Assembly (NCBI RefSeq): GCF_009914755.1
Contig: NC_060930.1
Length of the DNA stretch: 64,000 bases
Origin: the human T2T-CHM13v2.0 reference genome, Homo sapiens
Strand: one strand, 5' to 3'
The notes under the pieces: generated by a model
Seen by the model: only the letters and a program-made list of their open reading frames with translations
What the model was told of the DNA's origin: nothing
Databases searched by the model: none
Made by a program: the position numbers and the translations under genes
Part shown: in pieces, positions 12,700 to 24,789 of the stretch
Layout of the letters: each line of letters starts with the position of its first letter
Numbering within the stretch: the first letter of the stretch is position 1

Positions 12700-14085
12700 A
12701 ATTTCTGCCTCTAGTACATAATAGACTGAACCTTTACCAGATAACAACTATAAAATTTTGAGGAAAATAACCCACAGAATTCTACTAGCCGGCTCCGGAG
12801 AAGAGATAAAAGCAGACATATATTGGAGGGCAGTTGAAATTTAGAAGAAAGGACTGTGATGGATTAATTTTCTTGTTTTTATGATCTTATACTGAGGTTA
12901 ACCACAGTCACAAGTGCAAGGTGGTGAAGGACAGCTAAAATACTTAGAGAAAAATGACTGTCCTTCTGTCCAAAGAACCAAAAGACAGAGCCCAGGACAT
13001 CCATGACCCCTAGAAAATGAGAAAGAAGTCCTGAAGCAGAGAAAGTCAGAGAAGGGGAGTGGTAATTTCTCTATAAAAACTCTACCGAAATCTCTGCTTG
13101 GCCCCAGAACCATGCATACATGAGGCAATTCAAAATACGCAACTAAGGATAAAGGACTGAAATGAGATCTGAAATACCACCCCTGCAGGAGAAACAGAAT
13201 TTGCAGTGTCAGTCTAACCAATTTGACTGTTAAAACAAACATATCAACTTTAATGGTCACTTATGTTTACAACTTTGAGAAGGCTAATGAACTACAAGTA
13301 GAATAAATACAAATAAAATGCCTCCACATGTGAAAAAAAAATCTGCTAAAACACCAAAGTGGAAGAAAGAATGTTGGGAAAAGTCAGGAAAAAAAATGAT
13401 TGGAAAGATTGTAGTTTTTACACCCGACACAAGGAAGGCCAGAAGACCATGGATCAAATCTTTAAAGCACAGAAAGAAAAAAAAAAGCTGTCAAGAAAAA
13501 AACGTAGTCTGACAAAAATATGCTTCAAGAATGAAGGTGAAATAAAGGAATTTGGGGTTAACAAAAACAAAATAAACAACAAACAACAAATCACCAGCAG
13601 ATATGCACTTCAAGGAAGGTCTTCAAGCTGAAAGGAAGTGATACCAGAGGTAAGCATAAATCTTAAATGAATGAAAAGCATTAGAAATGACAAATGTTTC
13701 AGTGTATATAAAGGACACTTTATTTTAATTTCTTTAAATACAAACATTTAAAACAAGTTACAACACTGTTCTGTGAGGCATAGAATGCATGGTGGCATAA
13801 TAAATATGACAAGTATATATATAAAAAGAAGGGTTTGGGTAATAAATAGCCACACTCTATTCTAAGGTTTCTGTATTTAGTCGTAAAATTTTAACTTATA
13901 AACCATAAAAATTAGACATTATTTAATACCACACCACCTACTAAAAATAAAATAAGTGTTACAGTAAAAAAAAATTAAAATTGAATGTGAAAAATATTCC
14001 GATAATCCATAAGAAGATAGAAAAGAGCCAATAAAAACAAGAAATAGGAAGGATGAAATAGAATACAAAAAATTAGCAAGGGTGA
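12700..14085 (+). mobile_element. Ancient L1M 5' region and ORF1 relic
   Basis: GAAGGCCAGAAGACCATGG...ATCTTTAAAGCAC...TTCAAGAATGAAGGTGAAATAAAG is L1 ORF1 C-terminal sequence; A-rich plus strand. Confidence 0.7.
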
Positions 14086-14099
14086 GATATATATATATA

Positions 14100-16157
14100 T
14101 TTCAAGATCAACAAAATTGATAAACATCTAACTAGACTGACGAAATAAAAAATAAAACACTTCTTTTTAGTTAATATACTTGTTTTGAATCAGGACTGTG
14201 GTGACAGTGAAACAATTTGTTAACACTGAAAATGTATACAACAAATAGTAAATTGTACTGTATATAAATTTAAAAATATCAATCAGAATGTGAGGGAGAT
14301 TCAAAATCAAATACAAACTCTAGAAATGAACCTGATTGTATCACAAATGATTAACAACTACAGTGAAGGGGGTATGGAAGAAAAGACTGACCTAAGAAAC
14401 TTGAGTAACAGTATTTGGACTTCATTTTTAAGGTTTAAGTTTGCACATAAACATTGTACTCTACATAGTAAATTTGTTTCTCACACATATGGATTAGCAA
14501 CTTTAAAATTATGTATAAACTAGAGTTGTGAAAATAAGTAAGTATATTGTAAATAATGAAAATCAGGTGTATTACTAAGAGAGAAAGAAGTTACAAAAAA
14601 GGGAAGGGTGAAAGCTTGAATGAACCTTGTGTCTTGGGGTAGGAATCAGAATTATCAGTGTGAACTGATTGTTTTTTTAAAAATAGAGACAGCTGGAGAC
14701 AGTAATAAATATAAATCTATGTGTAAGTATATATGTATACATCAGCTCTGTCCACTGAGAAGAACTATAAGCAGTGGATTAGCATATTTAGCACAAACTT
14801 GAGTTCTCCATATTATTGTTCAATAAAAAATGCAAGAAGATGTGGTTGATTTCAGGGATGGCACAGGAAGAATAAAAGATGAGCCTAAACCATGTTTTAG
14901 TGCCAGAAAGTAATGACGTGCTCAAAAAAGAATGGAACCATGTTAAAAGAACACAGGAAGCAAGCTGAAGGAACTCCTGATAGCCAAATCTAGAACAATG
15001 TAACAATGATATAACTAATGATAGCACTGTTTTATAATTCATAAAATAAAAATAATTCATGAATACACATGCATATAAATAATCATATATGGAAAGATGG
15101 GGCAGTTCTTCCTTGCAGAAGAATTCTAATTAATAAATATATAAAGAATGAAGGAAATAGAAAGAACACCACACTAGTAATTTTTGCAGGAAGGATCTAC
15201 TGATGGATGCTATAATTAAATGGGTAAAATTTAAAAGTGAAGCTGGATGTTTGCATAGTCTCAAAGTATCTCCTCCAAGATAGTCATTACCTATGTAGAG
15301 AAAAATAACAACTTTTCACTGACAGATCCAACAAACACCTCCTTAACCAAATGATCATAGTTAACATCACAAGTAATAAGACATATTGATATCATGTACT
15401 CCTTGGTATATTGCACTGAGAAGGAAATCTCATTTATTATTCTTGCCAAAAATTCATAGCTTCAATTTAATCATGAAATAATGTTAGATAAACACAAATG
15501 AAGGACATTCTACAGAGTAACTGAGGAGTTGTCATCAAAATTGCCAATGTCATAAAGCATAAAGAAGACTGGCACTGTTACTCATTGGAGGAGACAAAGA
15601 TAAGAGGCTGAAAATACAGACAATGGCCATACCATGTTTAAAAATAGAACTCTGACCCACAATCTGCAGCCACCAGTCCAGGAAGCCAACTCATTACCTT
15701 CAGTAACCAGTTCAGGAACTCAAACTATTATTTATAGCTAACAATCCGGGCAGCCAAACAATAACCCCTATAGAAATGAGCCCTAAAAAGCCAGAATCAT
15801 ATAACTGACAGCTTCTCTAATTTTTCCCTTACTTCCAACTTAGAGCACCTGGAAAAAAGCTGTAACCTTTACTTGTTCTCATTTGAGTGATTTTCCTTTA
15901 TTTCCACAAAGGAGACTTAACAACTGAATGCAATGTGGGATTTTGGGATTCTATTAGTGTAAAAACTAATGAAATACAAGTCTCTAGTTTAGTTAATAGT
16001 ATTTTAGCAATCTTGTCATCTTACTTTTGATAATTATAACTTGATCACAAAAAATGTTAAAATTAAAGGAAGTTCTGTGAAGGGTCTTCAGGAACTCTCC
16101 GTACTATTTTGGCAACTTTTCTATATGTTCAATATTATTGCAAAATGAAATGTAAAA
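14100..16157 (+). mobile_element. L1MC (about L1MC3/4) fragment with long 3' UTR, split by an LTR
   Basis: ORF2 scrap AAGATCAACAAAATTGATAAAC; 3' UTR motifs AAGGACATTCTACA, GGAGAC...ACAACTGAATGCAATGTGGGAT, GGAACTCTCCGTACTATTTT. Confidence 0.75.
15601..15908 (+). mobile_element. ERVL-class solo LTR (MER54/MER73/MER74 group), apparently internally deleted
   Basis: AAATAGAACTCTGACCCACAATCTGCAGCCACCAGTCCAGGAAGCC; ends CCACA; 5-bp TSD AAAGA/AAGGA; host L1MC is continuous across it. Confidence 0.65.
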
Positions 16158-16159
16158 TT

Positions 16160-17237
16160 GCAAACTAGAAAAAACAAAGGAGAAAATATTTGCAAAGTTG
16201 GGGTAGGCAAAGACTTCCTAAATAGAATATAAAAAGCACATAGACCACAGAAAGTTAAGTTTGACTTTATCATAATTATTTTTCTCTTTGAAAAACATAG
16301 TTAAGAAAGCAAAAACATACTAAAGACTGCAAATGAATATTTGCAATATGTATATCTGCCAAAGGACTTATATCCATAATAATACATCTTATAATTCAGC
16401 AGTAAGAAGAGAAATAACCCTATAAAAATGATAAAACTATTTTCACTAATGATACTTTACAAAAGAAGGTAAAAGAATGACTATGTGCACATGAGAAGAT
16501 ACTTAACATCATAGTCATCAAGGAAATGAAGATAAAAATGAGATAAATCTTTGTACACATTAGAATGGTTCAAATTAAAAGCTATGTACACATTAGAATG
16601 GCTCAAAATAAAAAGGCTAAAAATACCAAGTGTTGGTGAGGACGTGGAGGAACTCTTGTACACCGATAGTCAGAATGTAAAATTAATTATATGCTAAAAC
16701 ATATAGCTCAGCCATGTTACTCTTAAATATTTATCCAGTAGAATTGAAAACCTATGTCCACAGAAATACTTATGCATGCATTTTCATAGAAGATTTATTC
16801 ATAATAGATCCAAACTAGAAATAACCTAAATGTCCATCAGCAGATGCATAGATTAAAAAAATAAGAAGAAGAAGAATGAAGTAAGTACTGGTGCATGATA
16901 ACCACATGGATGATTCTCAAAAATCATTATGCTGACTGACTAAAGCCAGACATAAAATAGTACATACTGCATAATTTTGTTTACCTAAATACAAACTCCT
17001 TTATACTGATCAGTGATTGTTTGGGTTGGAGGTAAAGGAAGAATTGTCTACAAAGGGGCGTGAAAAATCTTCAGGGGATGATTGAAATATTCTGCCTTTT
17101 GATTGTATTGGTGGTTTCATGGGTGTGTACATCTGTCAAAACTAATTTAATTGTACACTTCAAATAGATGCAGTACACTTTAAGTAGATGCAGTTTATTT
17201 TACATAAAATATACTCAATAAATTTAATAAAAATAAA
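16160..17237 (+). mobile_element. L1ME ORF2 end and 3' UTR
   Basis: GGAGAAAATATTTGC...GGTAGGCAAAGACTTC...AATACCAAGTGTTGGTGAGGACGTGGAGGAACT...CATCTGTCAAAACT...CTCAATAAA. Confidence 0.85.
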
Positions 17238-17259
17238 TGGAATAATATAAATTAAAATT

Positions 17260-17420
17260 TGAAGGAACCTCAGAAATCATTTAGTTGTCTTCCCTGATAT
17301 TATAGAAAAGGGAAGACTAATTCCAAAAAGGTTAAATTAATTACACATAGTTTTTAATATCTAATGAGGAGGGGAATATAGGTTAGAATCAAGATCTTTT
17401 GCTTCCTAGTCTGAATTGCA
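17260..17420 (-). mobile_element. MIR fragment
   Basis: GAAGGAACCTCAGAAATCATTTAGT...ATTATAGAAAAGGGAAGACT...TAGAATCAAGATCTTTTGCTTCCTAGTC. Confidence 0.55.
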
Positions 17421-17427
17421 TTAACTA

Positions 17428-17460
17428 TATAAATATGTATATATATATATATATATATAT
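17428..17460. repeat. (TA)n microsatellite
   Basis: TATATA run. Confidence 0.9.
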
Positions 17461-19620
17461 GTAGGTATGTATAATAGAAAACTTGAAGTACTATGTGATA
17501 TTCTACATGGCATTGCCTCCTTTTGTTTAAATTCTGAAAGTGACTTATTCTTAAATATGGACTGGCTGAATGGGGTACTTTGTCTTTCTGCCAGAAGGGG
17601 CAAGGGAAGGCCACTAGGTTCTCAGAACATATTGGTTTGCCTGGCTTTTCCAGAAATGATTGGAATTTCTATTTGGATGTATTTCCAGGGCCTGGAAATG
17701 TTTTCAATAAGCCATGAGGAGTTTTGGCTCAACCTCCTGTTCAGTTCATGCCTTTTGGGCTTCACAGAACACTCAATCTACAACATGTGCTAGAAACCTG
17801 GACAAGGCTAAGATTGAAAACGTCTGCTGTCTATTATCTGCCACTTTGCTTTTCTTTCATTCAGTGGTCCATTTCCACCTGCCTGGGAAAGTAAACCTCT
17901 ATCAGCAGCAGAGATGGGAGGTCACAGTTAACCCTTCCCAGGTCTGCAAGCTAGTTCTCACTGCCTACCTCCTCTCCAGCATGTCTGAGCTAATCTTGGA
18001 TTCATCATCTTGTCATTTGCCATGCTCTGCTCAAAAGGAGAAGTGTTTGAATATTATTTTACATGGCACACTTCAGTATTTATCTAGAACAACAAAAAAG
18101 TTCAATTCAGTTCAAACACTTGGCAGGAGCTGTGAAAGGTGCACAAGGTTACTAAGCACTCCAGGGGCTCAGAGTCTTGTAAGGGAGACAGATGCAGTAG
18201 CTAAGCCTTTCCACTGCATTCACAGAGATATTTGTTGGGTGTTCACAGAGGATATTCTTTTCTCCTTGTCAGACTGAATAAAACACAACAGAGGGAATCT
18301 GGCCAAGAAAAATCTAAGCTTTACCTTAAAAAATAGAAAAGGGCAATGTACAAGTATGAACTTTTGGGGTTGTAAGTTTCCTTATTTGTGAAGTGAATGT
18401 TTGGATAACCTTAAAACCAGTCCTACCATTCTGTTTATCTTGTTTAATAGCTTGATAGAATGGGTCACCTCTGAAGTCCAACTCAGAGAAATTACTTCAT
18501 GTTTATAAGCCCCAGACACTGTCATCCTTCTTTCTGGTCTCTGGGAATCTAACAAAGAGTCAGTTCCCCTAATAATTTTTTCTATCTCCCTGCACGTGGC
18601 TATGTCCATTCTCAAATGTTTGGCTCATCCTGCTAGGCCTTTTTACAAAGATGCAGATGTTTCTTAAAAGTGGCAGAAAGATCAAAGAGACATTTTGTGC
18701 CTGATGTGCTGGAATGGGACTGAGTTCTGCTTAATCTGATTTGAACATATTAAATAAAACCAGAGACTAGTGGTTTGTAAGAGGTTGCTGGTGAAGTATG
18801 GAGCTTCGTGGGTGAAAACTGTAGCACACAAAAAGCCAGATTTCATTGCCTTTTTCTTTTGAATCATAACTGGAAATAAGAAACAAAATGGATGCTGCTA
18901 TACATTATGACTGGTTTTTTTTAGAATATTAGTGCTTTTGCAATTAATTAGCACAATTCTATGGACTATTGCTTGCTCCTTTTTTATCCTAAATATGACC
19001 AAAGAGTATTCTTAACAAGTATAATGATGGCTGAAAGCAAAACTGAATATACAGACATAAAATGATCATTTCTTTCATACAAAGCTTGGAATAGGAACTA
19101 AGGAAACAAATAGAAACATTTACACCATTCCTACCCTCACAGATGACACATGCTAAAAAGGAATATAAAACACTCATGTAACTGCCATACAAATAAATTC
19201 CATAAATTTGTACAAAAGTTTATGGAGTTTGAAGAGGAACAGCTCAAATCCAGTTGAGTTAATTTTATCTTTGGTGTACTTCAACTACCTCTAGTCATAT
19301 TTTCTTCACAGCCTAAGTATTTCTTTTGTGCTTAGTACCAAGTCCCAGAGTTGGTGTGAAGTGATGATTAGTAACCCTCCATAAGGTTTTAAATGATAAT
19401 TAATGTATTTGCAGAATGACGTGTCTTGAGTGTGATTGAATTTTAATGCTATAGAAATCCAGGAGAATGAAACTATTGGTATAATAACAGGAAAAGTTGA
19501 TGTATTTGTTGTCGGTCCTTGAACTTCATCCTAACATCCGTTCAATTAAACCATTATATTTAAAGTTAACAGCAGTGTATCTTTGAGTTAGATGAGCTTT
19601 TTGAATGTGTTCTAAAGATA

Positions 19621-19738
19621 AATATTACTTGGGTGGTGAAATAATCTGTACACCAAAACACCATGACATGCAATTTGCCTATATAACAAACTGCATAGGT
19701 ACCCCGAACCTAAGACAAAAGTTTAAAAAAATTAAAAA
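19621..19738 (+). mobile_element. Short L1P (late L1PA/L1PB) 3' tip
   Basis: GGGTGGTGAAATAATCTGTACACCAAAAC...TATATAACAAACTGCATAGGTACCCCGAACCTAA plus A-rich tail. Confidence 0.85.
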
Positions 19739-21414
19739 TGGAAGCTCTAGAAAATTAACTACTGTTATTTGAATACCTTTCTCTGTAATTTCTGTTGCCA
19801 TTGAGCCATAATTTCCCTACAATTGGTACTCACTGAATTAGTACAATAGGAAATACTTCCACACTGAGTAGTATTACAGGCCAGCCTGAGAGGCATCTGG
19901 TAAGCAGACTGAATGGAGTCATACCAGTACGAAAAGAAAGGAAATGTTGAATTTTGAAATATCAGAAAAACACAAATAATTGAGAAAAAAGAACCCAACA
20001 ACCTGAGAGCTGGATTCAGATTCTCTCGGATCATACTTTTCTTCTACAATCTAAAATTATCTTAGACATCAAGAAACTTCATGTGCTTATTTTCAGTTCT
20101 AAAATTCTATGATCCTATATAATCTATCAATTTGGATAAAATTGATATATTTTGCCACTGAATACAAGTCGTATATTTGAGAAAAACAGATATTATCATT
20201 CATTTGATTTTATATATATATATATATGTATTTTTTTTTTTCTGAGCAACTTTGCTTCAGATATTATGTGCTATGCTAAAGGTGGAGGGACTGAATGGTC
20301 AGGCTCTCAGGTGACTATCTAGTGAGGCTCTGGATAACCTTTAGACATATATACATGCAAAAGACTCCAGAACAGTGTGCAGGAGGTAAGATGGGGAGGT
20401 AAACATTTAATTTCCATTTTTAATATTATTTTCACCTCCTCAAATATTCTTTCTTACCTTTTTTTAATGACTCTCACCTCTCACCTCTTTTCATTATTTG
20501 GAGTGAAGATGTTTCTCTTATTAAGCAATTGTGTTTACAGTTCAGTTATTTTAGGAGCAAAGACTTTCTAAAGATTGTAATAAATTACTCAGATACTGTG
20601 ATGATATTTCTTTAAAGATTGCGTTATTTGTAAATCTTCAGCAAGAATGATGTACAATGAATAGTTAAGCAGTGTGTGATAAAGTTATTAAAACATAAAG
20701 CTTATATCTCCAGTAAATTCATATTTCTCCCATATATTTTATTTTGCAGTGAACGTATTTTTACTCTAACGTGACTTACTTTAGCATACAATTCTATGAC
20801 CTATATTTAGCATGGTATTCTTATTTTGCACTTTATCAAGGGAGTTTATTTATTGAGGTAACAAAAGCCCTCATTTTATCATAAAATAAAGATTGCCATA
20901 GATTTTAGAAATGAGTTAATCAACAATAAAAGAGAAAGCTCAAGAATAGTAATTCTCATACCCTTTATAGGGGACAGTGGAGAGGCCAGCCAGCTGAGAG
21001 AAAGGTTTGTATTGGCTGATACTGAACAGAAGGTTCTGGCTCTGTAGGACTCCTGTCATTAACCTCCCACATAACCCTTTTAAGAAGTTTGTCATCTTAC
21101 TGAAAGATGACACCTACCCTGTTGTAACTGCCTTAAATTCCAAAGGTCCCTTTATCAGTGGAAGTTATTGCAGCTGCTACACAGGTGACCTCCAGGCATA
21201 GTCCAATTCACTAAGCCCACAGGGTGGCATGAAGAAATTGTAGTCTAATTGGTGATATGGTAACATTTGTGACTTAAAAGTCTGAAAGTCACTTTTTTCT
21301 TCTCACTTTGTCTTAAGAAAACAAGAAACATATTATGTATCTGAATATAAATGAAAAACTTGTATCTTTACCTCTTCCTTTATTGGGGATTATTGAATTT
21401 CATAAATCTTATGC

Positions 21415-21582
21415 AGAGCAAGGCTTTGAGGACAGAATGACAGGATAAGATCCTGGCCTTGGTACTTACTAGCTATACATCCTTGAGTCAATTAACCACC
21501 TTTGTTTCTCAGTTGCTTCAACTATAAAATGGGAATAATCACTGTACCTAACTCTTGTAAGTATTCTGATGGTTAAATGAGA
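21415..21582 (+). mobile_element. MIR SINE
   Basis: ACTTACTAGCT...CCTTGAGTCAATT...CTCAGTTGCTTCAACTATAAAATGGGAATAAT...TTAAATGAGA. Confidence 0.8.
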
Positions 21583-23055
21583 AAAAAAAAACTTTAGACT
21601 AATACCATACTAATACCAAATGTATTATTTTTAGTATACTATCATACATTTTTTCTGTTATCATACTAAAAAATTTTCCACTTCTCAATGCCCAAGCTTA
21701 TTACGTATTTCATCAAGGGAGGACAGGCCCGAGTTCTTATAACTCTTTCATTTTTTCTTTCTTAGTTTTTCCTGTTTAATATTATCCTAAGCGCTACATT
21801 GCTTTGACTATGAAGAAAACCCATCTTATTCTGTTTGTTTGCTTAAATTACGTAACAGCATTTGCATTATCATGAAGTTCTCCAGAAAAGATCATTGTTC
21901 ATACTCATAAATTTTAGCAAAAGGGTGAGCTAGGAAAACAACAATATTTAGAGATAAGAACGTTTGGGACAGCATTTTGACATTTGGAACAAACTTACTT
22001 TATTCTTTTTGGTTGCTTAAACTACATAAGTAGCATTTACATTTCACAGATATTTTCTGGGAAATAGTATTGTTCAAACGTTTAAATTTTAGTAAATGTG
22101 TGAACTGAAACATTCATGTTTTGAGCTAAGCATATCAAAGTCAGTCTGAAATTCTTTTATCTTTACAGAGACAATAATGGATTTTAATGAAAATGAAGTT
22201 TTCCTTTGCTAAGCACTGGAGTTAGTTAGGGCATAATATTGGATTACAGAGAGAGTTTACATGGACAGAAGCAAGCGCAGGTGAAAAGAATTAACATCAT
22301 TCCTCATTTCAAGAGTGAAGAAAAAAATTCCAAAGGTAGCACAGGGGCAAATGTCCCAGGATACAGTAGAAATAGTTATTTGGAGCCTGTATGCATACAC
22401 CAAGTGATCTGGTTCAGGAAAAAACAGAAGAGGTAACAGAAACTAAATATGAAAATGGTTGTTTTGTAACAACAACCAAAAAATAAAAGGGTATCGTGTA
22501 TCTTCTTATAACAATAAACAAAGCTAAACAAGTCATCAGGGACTATACAAACATTTTCAGTTGTATGCTTTTTAGATGTTTATAAAAATGATAGAATTGG
22601 TAACAATTGATAAAGCTTTTCTAATAAAAATTAGGCTATTAAGATTCTTAAACTTTTTATTAACTCAACTTACCTGCTATAATCAAGCAACTTATTGCTG
22701 TCTATTGAGAGGTGTAAGATATATAAATATTATTGTAGAGTAAGTAATCCTATGTTGATATTTATAGTAACAAAAAATGCTACAGAGTAAGTAGTTTAGA
22801 ATCATTCTAAGTTTTGCAGCCTTCCCAAGTTTGATTTTATAGATTGGATTTCAAAATGCCACATTGGGATGGGGTACAAAAGTGATGCAGCAGAATAAAT
22901 ATTTTTGTTTGCTAGTTTTTTTTCATAATACCTTTAGTGATATCTTAGAGAAATATGAGATTGTTCAAAAAACAGTACAGAACTGAACCTGGGAATATAA
23001 TACTGTGATTTGCTTTGTTTCTTCATTGTTAATTAAATAATGCTAACATAGTCAT

Positions 23056-23110
23056 TGTATTAGTCAAGGTTCTTTACAGAAACAGAACTAATATGAGAGA
23101 TATATATGTA
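23056..23110 (-). mobile_element. MLT2 LTR terminal fragment
   Basis: TGTATTAGTCAAGGTTCTTTACAGAAACAGAACTAATA followed by GATATATAT. Confidence 0.6.
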
Positions 23111-24336
23111 TACCTTATACACTATTCAAAACAATAAGATTTAGAACTGTGTTTTTTATTTTCTTCCCAACATATTTGCTGAATATTTTACCATTTAGGG
23201 TATTGTGGGGAAATTTATTGTAATTAAAATGGTTCCAATTACTCTCGATTTCTCTTAACATGTTTGATTATATATTATCCATTCCTTTCTAAGACTTCCT
23301 TTGAACTGTACTGAATGTGTGATATCTGACAGGGTAAGCTGATATTCATGTTAACAGATCTCAGCTGATGTTCCATAGTTATTATTATGAGTGACAACTG
23401 TTACAAGTCATATTTTTAAAAATTAGGATATATTAAGGGAAGAATATAAACATAAATATTAATATTAAATTTTATATGTTGTCTGTCATGTTTAAATTAT
23501 AGTGAAATAAATCTAATTTTTCCTAGTTTAAATATAGAATTTAAAGGGATTGCTGTTGAGTGGGATTTTCTATATGAATATTCCAGATAAAAAACATTTA
23601 CTTAGTAAGTCCAGGGACTATACACAGTACTCAAGGTAATAATTTCTGTCCTTAATAAGTTTTATGTATGACATTTGAACTTCCAGATTTAGACTGTTTG
23701 GCTTTACAATCAGTTATTTTGTAGCCAAATAAACGAGGCCCAGAAAATGACTAACATGGGAGACTCATTTCATTTTTGGACTCCCAAAGTTGGAATATGA
23801 ATATTTATGATATGTTCAAATTATCCCTTACTCTCATTTAATTTTTTCTCTCCACATGTAGGACTAGCTGCTTATACAACTGACAAAGTTGTCATGACGT
23901 GTTACAACCACAGGTTCTTTTTAGTGTTGTTAGCTATTTCTTTTTTTTCCTTGACAAAGTGCAGCAGATGCCATTTTAATAAAGGAGAAAGACATGTCAG
24001 AGTAGATGGGGCAAAAGGGAAAAGGTATGGAAAATGTGACAACATAGTTGATGGCTGAAGATCATAGGGGTAATGAGATAGAATGCACCTGGAGGCCTTT
24101 GTGATATAATCAGAAAAGCTGGGACATCCATGCCAACTCTGATTGTACTTTCTTCACTTGCTTTGATGCATATAGTAATTGAGAAACCAATTCCAATCTC
24201 CTGGTTGATAAGTGTTTGTAATTTATGTAATTTTATTAATTACCCATGATCAGAATAAGGGACCTACTTTGCTCTGCTTTTAAACATTTTGCTTTTAAAC
24301 ACTTCTTTTGACTTTTCCCAAGAATCTCTTACTGAT

Positions 24337-24789
24337 TGTCCCATTCATCTCCATATTGCTCTTGTAAAAATTATCAGTAACTTAGTGGATTAAAACAACA
24401 TAATTTCCTCATAGTTTTGGAAGTTGGAATTGTAAATTTGAGATATCTGTAGGACGTGTTCCCTTAGGAGGTTTAAAGGAGGAATCCATTTCCTTGCATT
24501 TTTTTCGGTTTCTAGAGGTTGCCTGCATTCCTTCGCTCATAGCTCCTTCCTCAGATCCCTCCACCTAGCTTCCGTGCTCATATTTCCTGCTACTTACTCA
24601 AATTCTCCTCTTTCTCTCTTATAAGGGCCTTTACACTGGGCTGTCCTAGACAATCCAGGATACTCTCCCCATGTCAAGATCCTTAATCACATCTGCAACA
24701 TGCCTTTTAACATGTAAGGTAACATATTAAAGGTTTCCAGAGATTTAGGACATGGACATCTTCAGGGGGTCATTATTCAGCCTGCTACA
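24337..24789 (-). mobile_element. MaLR solo LTR (MLT1C/D-like)
   Basis: TTAGTGGATTAAAACAACA...TTCTAGAGGTTGCCTGCATTCCTT...CTTAATCACATCTGCAA...GGACATGGACATCTT...CCTGCTACA. Confidence 0.88.

Noticed and set aside
17714-18277. Longest ORF (187 aa)
   Set aside because: No recognisable domain, composition typical of translated non-coding DNA, no promoter or convincing splice context; one such ORF in 64 kb is plausible by chance.
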